A DNA stretch of 64,000 bases, from contig OZ001293.3 of the NCBI GenBank assembly GCA_963921275.4, positions 2,016,001 to 2,080,000 on the forward strand. Reading direction: 5' to 3'. Positions 1 through 10,916 of this stretch are shown piece after piece. How positions within the stretch are numbered: the stretch's first letter is position 1; each line of letters opens with the position of its first letter. This DNA comes from an uncultured Hormoscilla sp. (lineage in GTDB: Bacteria > Cyanobacteriota > Cyanobacteriia > Cyanobacteriales > Desertifilaceae). The translations under genes and the position numbers were made by a program. The notes beneath the pieces were generated by a model. That model worked only from the letters and a program-made list of their open reading frames with translations. It did not search any database and was not told where the DNA came from.

Positions 1-444
1 TTTCTGCTGCAGTTGCTCCCGTTCTTGCTGCAATTGCGATACTTCCGTCGTTTTTCGATCTGACAGCTGCTGCAATTGCGATATTGCCGTTGACAGAGAT
101 TTTACCTGCTCGTCATCTGTTGAGGCAAAACCCAAACTGGATCTTAATTCTGCTGGCGTCCAATTGAGAGTAGAAGCCAACCGATTCACTTCGGAAAAGG
201 TCAGCTTTTCCAGAGAACCGCGACGGGCCTCCAACAGGCGTGGGGTACTTAACCCTGTTTTTTTCCGCAACTCCTTCCAGTTAGCAATACCTAACTCATT
301 AAGGCGATCGCGTAGCAATGAGTCATGAGGGAGTTCCACCCTCTCTTCAGCATCTGTGTCAGCACCGGAAATTTTTGCGATCAGCAAAACGCTTGCCAAC
401 AACAGCAACCAACCAAACCCGAATAGATTGGGCGAATGGACCAT
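1..444 (-). CDS. 5' part of a membrane-anchored HTH/coiled-coil protein (cyanobacterial XRE-GrpE-like type); runs off the window
   Basis: Not in ORF track. Open frame MVHSPNLFGFGWLLLLASVLL...LRDRLNELGIANWKELRKKTGLS...LASTLNWTPAEL...QLQQEREQLQQK, with an AGGAGG RBS upstream of the ATG at 444. Confidence 0.65.
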   Translation of the reverse strand, partial: MVHSPNLFGFGWLLLLASVLLIAKISGADTDAEERVELPHDSLLRDRLNELGIANWKELRKKTGLSTPRLLEARRGSLEKLTFSEVNRLASTLNWTPAELRSSLGFASTDDEQVKSLSTAISQLQQLSDRKTTEVSQLQQEREQLQQK

Positions 445-649
445 AATCTACCTCCTGACAATAATGATTGCTTTTCTTCCGTTGTTAAGATTTGTGAACC
501 TTTCTAGTAGTCTTGCAACAGTAGGCCAGACCGCCATTTTGGTCATTTCAGCTGTGGTCTCCGTACAGAGCACTCTTTTTATATTCAGTCATAACCGATT
601 TTTCGTCAATCACTATTGCTGCTGGCCCCTGATGGCGTCCCCCGGGGGA

Positions 650-850
650 CGCCGCCGGTTCCTATAGATACTCAAACAAGTTGCTGTCTGGATCTTGCCC
701 GATCTAGGAGGCTGTGCTATCCCGGTGTACGCGCAGGTCTGACTTATTTTCACGCCCTCACCCTGTAGCTGCTGATAGCAAGCTTCCATTTCAGCCCGAT
801 CGCGTAACGCGATGCCAAAGTGCGGTCCTGTCTGGCCGTAACTCGGGCTT
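650..850 (-). pseudogene. VOC/glyoxalase family fragment
   Basis: GPHFGIALRDRAEMEACYQQLQGEGVKIS resembles a VOC C-terminal half; no N-terminus, frameshifted. Confidence 0.45.
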
Positions 851-961
851 AACAGCGCTTTCATGTAATAGCATTTTGATTTAATGATGATACAGTTAGT
901 AGACACCTCTTGTATGCTAGTTGCCGATCCCCCCCAAACCCCCCCGTGGCAATTCTGTCCC

Positions 962-1229
962 TTACTCACATATTTCTTAACATTTAGGGGAGTGGGGGAG
1001 TGGGGAGTGGGGGAGAGTCAATTGGTCATGTATATAATTGTCTAAACAATTATATACATGACCAGCATTGATAGTGAAACCCTGATTGCTTCAAGGTAAG
1101 CTATTCTCAATAAATCGAGGTAATTTATCAAGAAATCGAGGGGCAAAAAAGTCAACAAGAAAGGGTCATCTAAACATCGAAACCCTTGCACCATAAGGCT
1201 TTCAAGATTGTTTGGGATTATGTGAGTAA
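962..1229. mobile_element. Probable MITE
   Basis: Terminal inverted repeat TTACTCACATA/TATGTGAGTAA; internal palindrome 1024-1063; non-coding. Confidence 0.45.
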
Positions 1230-1321
1230 TAGTAAGGTGGCAATTGGGGGGGCAATCAGGCGCCCCCCTTATTAAGTAGGTGGACCGACTTATTTACACA
1301 TTACACAGATTACATAATATA

Positions 1322-2333
1322 ACTCAAGTTGCGACCTATAAAAATTGGATACAAAAAGCTATGATAAAGAGAATTATTTTCAACTCTAATCCCTTAGATG
1401 TAACAGCATGAATTGACTTGGGAAACAAATTGGTGATTCGACTAAAACAGGTTTCAACTTGTTTTCTTGTTACTTTTTGTATATATTCAAAACAAGAAGA
1501 TTCTTTTCTTTTTGAGTTCTTTTTTCGCAAAGGTTTTAACATTATACTTGACGACTCTTTTAGTAAATCCTCTAATTGATAATCATTATAAGCTTTATCT
1601 CCATAAACTATTGAATTTGATGGTAAGTCAAAGCCAAAAGATTGCAAAACTTTAACATCATTATAACTACCAGGATCTAGATAAAATTCTATTGGCTTTC
1701 CATTTTTGTTTACCAACATATGAACTCTTAATCCATAAAAATAACGTTTTTTACTGGCAATATACCCTCGATATTCTTCCTTGTTATAAATTTGGCATCT
1801 ATCAATCCTAATATTATCACATACTGGCACCGGGAAACTATCAAGAATATATTCTTGACCCGGATTGAGCTCTTTAAATGTTTGAGCTATAACTTGGAAG
1901 AAAAACATCCAAATTGGTTCCTCAATATTGTGTAATCGACGATTGAACCTACTTTTACTTAACAGATTTTTTATATACTTGTGTTGGACCATAAATTGAC
2001 AAGAGCGATCGTGGTGTCCTCCGAAAAAATATGCAGCAACTAATCCGACTGTCATCACTTCGGCATTGTTCATTTTTACTTGTGGATCTTCTTTTATATT
2101 TAACGCTTTTAGTAGCTCGTCACAAAGAACAAAAATTGTTGTAATCATATCTTCCATCATCTACATCCCCCAGCAATTAACTATTATTTTAGTACATTAT
2201 AACCTATAAACAGCCAACCCGCCGTCTAGCACAAAAAAAATATAATTTTGTATCAAAAGCTACGAAATATCCCAAATATCTGTAAAGTCTAAGTGGGTAA
2301 TTCATATTTTTTTTAATAGGTCGCAACTTAGGT
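1322..2333 (-). mobile_element. IS982-family element, apparently intact
   Basis: IRs ACTCAAGTTGCGACCTAT / ATAGGTCGCAACTTAGGT; 7-bp target duplication TAATATA at 1315-1321 and 2334-2340; AT-rich. Confidence 0.9.
1336..2160 (-). CDS. IS982-family transposase
   Basis: 274 aa; DSFPVPVC, YFYGLRVH, GDKAY and RKQVET motifs. Confidence 0.9.
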   Translation of the reverse strand: MMEDMITTIFVLCDELLKALNIKEDPQVKMNNAEVMTVGLVAAYFFGGHHDRSCQFMVQHKYIKNLLSKSRFNRRLHNIEEPIWMFFFQVIAQTFKELNPGQEYILDSFPVPVCDNIRIDRCQIYNKEEYRGYIASKKRYFYGLRVHMLVNKNGKPIEFYLDPGSYNDVKVLQSFGFDLPSNSIVYGDKAYNDYQLEDLLKESSSIMLKPLRKKNSKRKESSCFEYIQKVTRKQVETCFSRITNLFPKSIHAVTSKGLELKIILFIIAFCIQFL

Positions 2334-2629
2334 TAATATAGCCAGAGCAAGTAGATCGCCAGAAACTATGCAGATCGTTGAGCACAGGTCACAGGTCACC
2401 GGGCCCAGTCTAGCAGGGGCGGAGCAATGGCGATCGCCAGAGTACCAAGGGCGAGGGCGAGCAGCAGTTACAAAATTTCTCTGCCTAAGGCAAATTTGGC
2501 GAAATGCCGATATAATTGGATGTATCAGTCTGTATAGGGAGATCGTAGGGTAATTACTACGGAAATTCCTAGCTACCATATCTGTGTAAACATTCTCGGG
2601 AAAACCTCCCAATACCTCATGGGATAGAT

Positions 2630-3225
2630 GTGGAAGATGCTTCTACTTCCGGTCTTAACGATACTGCCGAAACAGCCCAAAATTTGGGCCTTCTCAATGG
2701 CCCACCCTTCACGGTTTTTGGGCACATTGACGAGAACAATGCCGATGATATCGATATTTTTGAGTTTGTGCTCGGTGGTGATTCTTCCCAAACTGTCTTC
2801 TTTGACATTGACTTTGCTAACGATATTTTGACTCCAGACACCAATGATAATGATAGCTTGAATGCTATCGTAAGCGTTTTCGACTCTGATGGAGCGCTGA
2901 TTGGCAGTGATGATGATGTTGGTTTTACCCCAGATCCGGTTCGAGTCCAAATGGAAATTACGATCCGTTTCTAGAATTAGACCTGCTTCCAGATACATAC
3001 TTTGTCGCCGTAACTTCACACTCTAACTACAGCGGCGACAGGATTGACGACTTTGATGTAGATGGTCGGTCATCCGGTCAATACTGTTTACAAATCAGGA
3101 CTGGAGAAGGTTTCGACGCTCCGCCAAACGATTGTACTCAGGCCCAAGACGTTCCCGAACCTGCTGCCCTTCTCGGTCTGCTAGCCGTGGGCACCCTCGG
3201 TCTGACCTGGAAGCGTCGTCAGTAA
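2630..3225 (+). pseudogene. PEP-CTERM surface protein, frameshifted and 5'-truncated
   Basis: Acidic PPC-like segment 2630-2974; in another frame 3151-3225 reads VPEPAALLGLLAVGTLGLTWKRRQ*. Confidence 0.75.
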
Positions 3226-3595
3226 TATGCCCAGATCTTCCCCCCTCGCCCAGCAGCAGCTGTGCTATACTCCGAACGGTCAGGAACTGCGCTTTTTCAT
3301 GCAGTCAATATGTCACCAACAATGCCTGAAAGCGCAAGTCGAGCCCTTTCAGAGTATAGGTTGTACCCTAAGGAATGAGGATTTAATAATTTGTCAAAAT
3401 TACGTAGCGTATAGGTAGGGAACGGGGAACGGAGGGGGCTCCAGGGGCGATCGCGGTAAGGTTGATCCTGTTGCATTTTAATACTGTCAGATCCTTCCGA
3501 TTTGGCGGGGGGCGATCTGGACCCTCAGGGGATCTAGCAGAGCCTTTTTTCCGTGATGCCTGATTTTTAGTGCTCCCTCAACGCTCTCTAGCGCC

Positions 3596-4272
3596 CTACA
3601 TCGGTTGTGGCTTGGCTGTATAGTTCCATTGTGGGAGAATATTGTCAAAGACAATTTGCATATTTTCCTTAAAACTTGAGCCAACTTTCACTCCTGTTTG
3701 ATAAAGCTTATCAATTACGGTTGTAAATACCTTTAATCCTGTCTTTGTTGTCCTTGTGGCTATCAAATTTTTGACCGTTTCCACCTTGTCGAATATTACC
3801 CCCTCACATGTCCGACATAGGGAAACAACCGATGTTCAATGGGATTATACTTAGAGGTATAGGGGGGATAATGAGCCATCCGAATTTCTATGCCTAGCTT
3901 GTTGCTAAGCTTTTGCAGATTTTCCTTAAACAGGTAAGAGCGGGAGCTGTTACTACCACCGCCATCACATAACAATAAAATTGAGCTTGCCAATGGATAC
4001 AGTATAGAGCCGTAAGTGAGCCACCAATAGCTAATTGAGTCACTTCACAAGTGTCATGAGATGTCCCAATCTGTATCAAGCCCTTCTTGTAGTTGAGATC
4101 GTATAAACCATGGGGAATTATCTTGCCTTGAGCCAGAGATGGCCAGTCATGGTCGTAAACATTGATTCTCTCTTGGGTTAAGCAGAGCCCATCACGATAT
4201 AGTTGAGCTATAAACTCTTTTTTTTGTGTCCATACTTATTACCGGATTTCCAGCATTTTGATAGCTCTCCAC
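3596..4272 (-). pseudogene. ISAzo13-family transposase, C-terminal part with several frameshifts
   Basis: GNPVISMDTKK, ILLLCDGGGSN, HYPPYTSKYNPIEHRLF and LPQWNY pieces in different frames. Confidence 0.85.
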
Positions 4273-4566
4273 ATAGGTTTTTGCGAGATTATACACCACC
4301 CGCTTCCCAAAGGCATCCACATTCAACACCTGCATCTCCACAAGCACCGTTGACTCGTCATCTAGCACCGCCTTTACATCCAGGTAGCTATCCTTTAATT
4401 CTACCAAGCTGCCGGCATTGTAGGGGTCGATTATCTCTAAATCTTTAATCTTTGGGTTACCTCCATAGATCAGAGCATTCAGAAAGCTGACCAGGATATC
4501 TTTGCTCTCGGATGAGCCAAATATTTTCTTAAAGGCAAAATCAGTTTTCGGACTGATAAATCTCAT
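4273..4566 (-). pseudogene. Truncated duplicate of the Rpn nuclease fused to the ISAzo13 remnant
   Basis: First ~98 codons are almost identical to those of 4781-5710; the frame then switches to transposase sequence after VYNLAKTY. Confidence 0.85.
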
Positions 4567-4780
4567 GGCTTCTTCTCCTGTTTATAGTTGCTGGTCCCGG
4601 CGCTGACAATAGCATTATATCCGATCGCCTAGAGCATCTAGTATCAGCTATAAACCGGGTTTCTCCTCTCGTTCCCAGGTAGAACCTGGGAACTTTATTC
4701 TGAGGATCTCGCCTCTTATTTGATCTAGGCATCCGTGTAAAGTCAAGTCGGGAAGATGTTTAATAAAATAGTATTACATT

Positions 4781-5710
4781 TTACTGGATTACATGCGATC
4801 GCAACCAACTGGACAAGTCATCGGGGCTAGTCAAATCAAAAATCTCCAAGGACAACATCTCTAACTCTGACAGGGACAATTTTTCGATTTCACCTCGCAG
4901 AGCAGTCGGAATTTCTCCAAACCGGTGCTCCAGCATACGCAATAACATCCCTATTCCTTCCTCAAGTCGTCCTTCTTCGCGTCCTTCTTCCCGTCCTTCC
5001 CGCCTTGCTTTGATGATTTCACCCCGTCGATCTTCAATAAACACCTCCCGTTTGTGTAGTTCTTCCAACTCTTTTACAGTCATGTTCGCTTTGTTGGCTA
5101 TTTGAAAAGCCTTCTCGATCTCCGGCACTTCCCCTAACACTGTCGGCACCGCTTCTAAGCTGGGAGCTGATTTTATGAAATAAATCCATTTTTCTGTCAA
5201 GCTCGACAACTCTGGCAGCTCTTTTTTGAATTTTGGCAGTTCCACAAACACCATTCTTAGTTCTCGGTCTCGATAGTCAAACATCAGCTCCTCTTCTTTG
5301 AACCTGAAGCTGTTTATTACCCTCTCGGTTTCTGAGAACATCTTGAAATCTGTAATGATTAAGGCAATTACTGGCTTCAGGGACGAGTATCCTGACCCTG
5401 AACTCAACTGATTACTATAGGTTTTTGCGAGATTATACACCACCCGCTTCCCAAAGGCATCCACATTCAACACCTGCATCTCCACAAGCACCGTTGACTC
5501 GTCATCTAGCACCGCCTTTACATCCAGGTAGCTATCCTTTAATTCTACCAAGCTGCCGGCATTGTAGGGGTCGATTATCTCTAAATCTTTAATCTTTGAG
5601 TTACCTCCATAGATCAGAGCATTCAGAAAGCTGACCAGGATATCTTTGCTCTCGGATGAGCCAAATATTTTCTTAAAGGCAAAATCAGTTTTCGGACTGA
5701 TAAATCTCAT
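4781..5710 (-). CDS. Rpn-family (PD-(D/E)XK) nuclease/putative transposase with DUF4351-like tail
   Basis: PKTDFAFKKIFG, LDVKA, VEMQV, FVELPKF, EGREEG repeats and LEHRFG tail. Confidence 0.9.
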   Translation of the reverse strand: MRFISPKTDFAFKKIFGSSESKDILVSFLNALIYGGNSKIKDLEIIDPYNAGSLVELKDSYLDVKAVLDDESTVLVEMQVLNVDAFGKRVVYNLAKTYSNQLSSGSGYSSLKPVIALIITDFKMFSETERVINSFRFKEEELMFDYRDRELRMVFVELPKFKKELPELSSLTEKWIYFIKSAPSLEAVPTVLGEVPEIEKAFQIANKANMTVKELEELHKREVFIEDRRGEIIKARREGREEGREEGRLEEGIGMLLRMLEHRFGEIPTALRGEIEKLSLSELEMLSLEIFDLTSPDDLSSWLRSHVIQ

Positions 5711-5925
5711 GGCTTCTTCTCCTGTTTATAGTTGCGGGTCTCCGGGGGCTTATCAAGCATTATAGGCTGAACTGGCTGGCATTGCTGATTGGCGCAGACC
5801 CTTTTTCCAGGAGCCCGCTAATGCGGGCTACCCTGTTCAGTAGCCGCACCCCTCGTTCCCACGGCTCTGCCTGAGAACGGGTGACGGCTTACTCCCGGTT
5901 CTCAGAGATTATCAGGAAAACCGAA

Positions 5926-6788
5926 TCAGCTTTTCGATCTCTCATCCATGTGTTGTACATCGCCCATAACGAAAACTAGCCATCTTTCTTTAGCAAGGCA
6001 GGTGAACAAAGCCGACTCCTCAAGCAGGTAAGTTGTCACCAGGTGCTTTTGCCTGAGATCGGACACTTGCTCAGCTTCTACCTGTTAGCCTCGATTGAGA
6101 TATGTCTGGGCAAAGGAGTTTACCATCCTTTGAAAAGATTCATTTTTTCTATAAAGAGCCTGAAATTCCTCGTAATATATCTTCAAGTCCTATCGCTTCT
6201 CGATTTCTGAAGTCAATCTGAACTCGAACCAACAGCTTCCCGAGTATTGCTCGAACAGGAGACGGCGATTGTTGATGAACTCTTTTCCAGTCCTAAGTGC
6301 CAAAGGCAAAGCTTCATCTTCTTTAAGTCCATGTTTAATCTCGATTGTCAGTTTGTATATACTATCTCCCACTAGCACTACGCAAGCCTTGAAGTTTTCA
6401 CTAATCCATTTGATGCTAGCTTCAAGTCGCTTACTCTCGAGGAAGTTATTGCTTCCTAGGCTGATTATGAAAACACAGTTTTTATACTCAAACAGGGAGT
6501 TCCGCAGGCGATCGGTAAATACTTTTGCTAAAGTTGCCTTGTACCCATAATTTTGGCTATTTTCGGCAGTAGCTTTTGTCAAATTTAAGTCGCGTCTCTT
6601 AATATTTATCGCCTTGCTGATTTGAGATTCAAGCTGCTGCAAGCGTTCTAGCGAAAGCTGATTCCACTCGAAATTTTCAAGAATATTTTCTGCTTGACTA
6701 CTCATTCTGCTAGATATTTTTGGAGGCAAGAGGTTGGGACCTTGACCACTGATGCTGGCTGTTTGAGGATTTTGATATATTTACTCAT
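5926..6788 (-). pseudogene. tRNA-dependent cyclodipeptide synthase (CDPS), inactivated
   Basis: ISLGSNNF and VLVGDSIY in the ORF; read-through of TAG (6190) and TAA (~6085) continues in frame to TYLLEESALF...WLVFV; N-terminal frameshift after the ATG at 6788. Confidence 0.75.
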
Positions 6789-6833
6789 AAGGCAACTATA
6801 TCAAAATCGTCCCTTAAAAGCTGTCAACCAGAA

Positions 6834-7318
6834 TTAAACTTCCGTTTCAAATAAGGCAAGCCGCAGTCGCTCCGTTGCTTCTTCCATTTCCGTCACGGAC
6901 TCAATGCTAACAAGCACGCTGCGTTCAATTCCTAAAAGCTCCGCCGCTTTCGCCACCGCTGCTTTTTCTTTTTCATGGTAGATCCCATCAGCTCGACTCA
7001 TCTTGATGGCTTGGTACAACATGGAGCGGCGAAAATTAAGCGGAAAATCGTACTTTATTTCACTCAATAGCTCTTCAATGTTAGCATTTTCCAATCGAAT
7101 TTGCGGAGGGTTTAAATGTACTCTTCCGATTCTACCATCAAAAGTCCTTGTTCGTCAATATACCACTGGAATTCTGCTTCTGCAAGTTCGCCATCCGCAT
7201 CGGCGATCGCCATTAATGCGTCGCCGTATTTCACCGCCACCTCAAAATCAACTGGAGACGTGAGGTTATATTTTATCTTAGCATATTTGGTCGGCTGGAG
7301 ACTTTTTCCGCTGCTCAT
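6834..7318 (-). pseudogene. TerB-like protein, split into two ORFs by a nonsense codon at 7112-7114
   Basis: ALMAIADADGELAEAE and AIKMSRADGIYHEKEKAAVAKAAELLGI motifs (two TerB half-repeats). Confidence 0.75.
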
Positions 7319-7496
7319 ATTTTACTCCTTTTCTTGTTGGTAAAGATTCTGTTTAATTTTATTATACCAACTTGAGATTCATTTGTCAACCCCGAGATTT
7401 ATTCTCACTTACTATTATGTCCTTTGGTAGAGGCGCAGGGGCGCTCGGCACCTGTCGCGATCTCGGAACCACTAACCCCCACTAAATTAATTAAAC

Positions 7497-7735
7497 TTAC
7501 CTCTTCATCATGGCCCGCCTGAGTCGATCTGTTGCATCTTCCATTTCCATGAGAGCCTCAATGCTATTTACCACGCTACCTTCAATCCCTAAAATTTTGG
7601 CTGCTAGCGCCACAGCGGCCTTTTCCTTGTCATGGTATGCTCCATCTGAGGGACTCATCTCGATCGCTTGGTACAACAAACAGTGACTACAATTTAAAGG
7701 GAAATAATTCTTAATTTCACCTAATAGCTCCGATC
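7497..7735 (-). pseudogene. Second TerB-like protein, C-terminal half only
   Basis: LLYQAIEMSPSDGAYHDKEKAAVALAAKILGI is paralogous to 6834-7094; N-terminus replaced by unrelated sequence. Confidence 0.7.
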
Positions 7736-8102
7736 GGGGCACAGAGTCCATCATATCACCCATCCGATCGGGGCACGGCATCCATAACATAACGATGCCC
7801 CTACCTTCCCTGGCCTTACATTCCATCCTATCATGCATTCCTACAGGACATCATATCACTCATCGCATCGGGGCACAAATCCATAACAGGGAGACCACAG
7901 CGAGACTGTCTAATCGCACATGCATAGGAGATGCAGGCCGATGGTATATTACATTTGCAAGTCCCCGTCGGGCTAACAGATACGCTCGTTAGATGTCAAG
8001 GTTACGGTGCAACCTGTAAAAGGGGAAAGGGATAGTCCTTCAGGACGGGATGGTCTCCTGGTTTTTTTGAAGAGACTTGTGGTTGTTGTCAAGATGACAC
8101 TT

Positions 8103-8146
8103 CGATGTCTCTGGAGTAGTGCGAGTAGCGCTCTCCAGAGACATCG
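8103..8146 (+). repeat. 44-nt hairpin micro-element (family A)
   Basis: CGATGTCTCTGGAG-TAGTGCGAGTAGCGCT-CTCCAGAGACATCG; perfect 14-bp arms. Confidence 0.85.
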
Positions 8147-8455
8147 AAGATCATTGATTCAGAAGGAGAGTTCGAGGACCGCGAAGCCTTACTATGTGGA
8201 AGGCTTGCAAATTGAATATTGGCAAGCTGATTGAAGAGATGTCTTTACAGAAGGGAATTATTCGGGCCAGTCACTTTTGCTGCTGCCATATTTACCAGTA
8301 GCCCAGAAACCCTGTTTTAAGGGATAACCTTTGTTTCGCCCATTCAACGGGGTCCATTCTGGCGGTCGGACGATACTGCTGCGCAGTCGCTGCGCGATCG
8401 AGACTCTGCACCAGAACAGGTTATTCGGGGGGAGAGCGCCGCGATCGCACCGGTG

Positions 8456-8606
8456 CTAGAGCGGCGGTCCATTGATAATACGCCGACATTTTCAAATATC
8501 TGTGCATCAACGGGAAATCAACATCTTCTCGTCTGGCCCTCTCCCCGGACCTCGAGAGGGCCCTCACACTTTACCCAAAATCTGTTCTACAGCGACCAGG
8601 CTCTAA
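8456..8606 (+). mobile_element. ~150-bp MITE, homologous to 51504-51650
   Basis: Starts CTAGAGCGGCGGTCCA; internal ATCTGTG.ATCAA and TTTACCCAAAAT blocks are shared with the 51.5-kb copy. Confidence 0.7.
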
Positions 8607-8674
8607 TTCTGTTCTAGTCGAATTGGCACATATGGCATCTATCGGAAGCTAATACACTAGAATAGCAGAAGTTT

Positions 8675-8763
8675 CGATGTCTCCGGAGAGCTTTCGGTGT
8701 CCCCCGGAAGCGCTATTCGCACTACCCGGTGGACACCGAACTCGCACTACTCCGGAGACATCG
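8675..8763 (-). repeat. Nested pair of family A hairpin elements
   Basis: Inner 44-nt copy 8695-8738 lies in the loop of an outer CGATGTCTCCGGAG...CTCCGGAGACATCG copy. Confidence 0.8.
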
Positions 8764-8925
8764 AAGCAAGATTTCGGGTGAGTTGCGCCGGGGTGAAGGC
8801 TAGCACCGGAGCCCCGGAAAGTTCGGGGCCTCATCAACTATGTGGTGGGGCGAATTTACCAGAAGATAAAATTGAGATGAGATAAAATAGTCAAAGCACC
8901 CGATCACAGAAGAGGTCTATCCATT

Positions 8926-9756
8926 ATGACTCAAGCAGTCGTTTCCGAGGTGACCATCAATGCACCTCAAGAAAAAGAATCACCACCAAGTGAGCGGATG
9001 TTCACTTTTGCAGAATATCTCGAATATGAAGGAGAACCGGACGTTCTCTATGAATTATGCAGGGGGAAACTCATACCCATGTCAGCAGCAACGCACCTAC
9101 ATACCAACATTTGCAAATTTCTGCTTTACAAGTTACAGCGCTACTTTGTGGACCAGAACTTAGATTTAGTTGCTAACTCTTTAGCGACCGGTGTCCGCAC
9201 GGAAGAAAATTCATCCCGAATTCCCGATGTGGTAGTCTGTAGCCAAACGGTTTGGGAACAAGCGATCGATCGTCCCGGCGCTGGGGTCTTAGATTTCGCC
9301 GAAAAGCCGATTCTGGTAGTAGAAGTTGTCAGCAGCAATGCCCGGGATGATTATGTGACGAAACGCTATGAATACGAAATCGCGGAAATTCCCGAATATT
9401 GGATAGTAGACCCGCAAAAGAAACGAGTGCGGGTGCTTGCTAATCCCAGCAAGGTAGAAGGATATAGCTTTGTCGATTTCACCGAAGAGCAATCGATTGT
9501 TTCCAGTCAGTTCGAGCAGCTAGTTTTATCGGTGAAAGAACTGCTCGCTCCTCCGCTGGTGGAGCTATTAATGAAAGCAGAACAGGCCAAAATGAAAACC
9601 ATGGCACAAGAGATCCTTTCCGAACGCCAACGGGCTGAAACCGAACGCCAACGTGCTGAAACCGAACACCAACGTGCTGAAACCGAACGCCAACGGGCTG
9701 AAAGATTAACCCAGCGGTTACTAGAAATGGGAGTAAACCCGTCCGAAATTAATTAA
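8926..9756 (+). CDS. Uma2-family putative endonuclease
   Basis: RIPDVVV, LVVEVVS, EYWIVDP; C-terminal ERQRAET heptads. Confidence 0.9.
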   Translation: MTQAVVSEVTINAPQEKESPPSERMFTFAEYLEYEGEPDVLYELCRGKLIPMSAATHLHTNICKFLLYKLQRYFVDQNLDLVANSLATGVRTEENSSRIPDVVVCSQTVWEQAIDRPGAGVLDFAEKPILVVEVVSSNARDDYVTKRYEYEIAEIPEYWIVDPQKKRVRVLANPSKVEGYSFVDFTEEQSIVSSQFEQLVLSVKELLAPPLVELLMKAEQAKMKTMAQEILSERQRAETERQRAETEHQRAETERQRAERLTQRLLEMGVNPSEIN

Positions 9757-9999
9757 ACTTAACCGTTCGATTGGGCGATCGCCATTGCAGGAGGAGATCG
9801 CCCGTTTGACAATTGGTAATAAGGAAAAAGCAGAACTGGAAGAATCATGCAGACGATCCCAGGCTATTCGGGGAGCGATCGCCGCGATCGCACCGGTCAG
9901 GGCCCCATAAACTATGTGGTGGGGCGAATTTACCAAAAGATAAAATTGAGATGAGATAAAATAGTCAAAGCACCCGATCGCAGAAGAGGTCTATCCATT

Positions 10000-10782
10000 A
10001 TGACTCAAGCAGTCGTTTCCGAGGTGACCGCCAAGGCACCTCAAGAAAAAGAATCACCACCAAGTGAGCGGATGTTCACTTTTGCAGAATATCTCGAATA
10101 TGAAGGAGAACCGGACGTTCTCTATGAATTATGCAGGGGAAAACTCATACCCATGTCAGCAGCAACGCACCTACATACAAAGATTTGCAAGTTTCTGGTT
10201 TATAAATTACAGCGCTACTTTGTTGACCAGAATTTAGATTTAGTTGCTAACTCTTTAGCGACCGGTGTCCGCACAGAAGAAAATTCATCGAGAATTCCCG
10301 ATGTGGTAGTCTGTAGCCAAACGGTTTGGGAACAAGTTGAGCATCGTTCCGGTGCTGGGGTTTTAGATTTCGCCGAAAAGCCGATGTTAGTGGTAGAAGT
10401 TGTCAGCAGCAATGCCCGAGATGATTATGTGACAAAACGCTATGAATACGAAATCGCGGAAATTCCCGAATATTGGATAGTAGACCCGCAAAAGAAACGA
10501 GTGCGGGTGCTTGCTAATCCCAGCAAGGTAGAAGGATATAGCTTTGTCGATTTCACAGAAGAGCAATCAATTGTTTCCGGTCAGTTCGGACAGCTAGTTT
10601 TATCGGTGAAAGAACTGCTCGCTCCTCCGCTGGTGGAGCTATTAATGAAAGCAGAACAGGCCAAAATGAAAACCCTGGAACAAGAGATCCTTTCCGAACG
10701 CCAACGGGCTGAAGCCGAACGCCAACGGGCTGAAAATTTAGCCCAGCGGTTACTAGAAATGGGAGTCAAGGAAATCAATTAA
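10000..10782 (+). CDS. Uma2-family putative endonuclease (tandem paralogue)
   Basis: Near-identical to 8926-9756, including ~90 bp upstream; fewer heptads. Confidence 0.9.
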   Translation: MTQAVVSEVTAKAPQEKESPPSERMFTFAEYLEYEGEPDVLYELCRGKLIPMSAATHLHTKICKFLVYKLQRYFVDQNLDLVANSLATGVRTEENSSRIPDVVVCSQTVWEQVEHRSGAGVLDFAEKPMLVVEVVSSNARDDYVTKRYEYEIAEIPEYWIVDPQKKRVRVLANPSKVEGYSFVDFTEEQSIVSGQFGQLVLSVKELLAPPLVELLMKAEQAKMKTLEQEILSERQRAEAERQRAENLAQRLLEMGVKEIN

Positions 10783-10788
10783 ACTTAA

Positions 10789-10916
10789 CTCTGTCTCCTG
10801 GGATCTCGATGTCTTCGGAGAGCGCCTTAAGCACTACTCCCGATGTGCTCTGCGCGCGAGCACTACGCAGAGCACCGATACGGAGACATCGTAGGAGCAC
10901 TACCCAGGAGACAGGG
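10789..10916 (-). repeat. Triple-nested family A hairpin insertion
   Basis: 128 nt absent from the paralogous site after the first Uma2 gene (AAACTTAA|CCGTTCGATTGGG at ~9755-9775). Confidence 0.85.

Noticed and set aside
7735..7880. Mini-array of GTGCCCCGAT repeats (minus strand) upstream of the TerB fragment
   Set aside because: Three irregularly spaced, degenerate copies; no assignable structure.
8926..10782. Diversity-generating retroelement template/variable pair
   Set aside because: Differences are not adenine-specific, whole genes are duplicated, and no RT is present.
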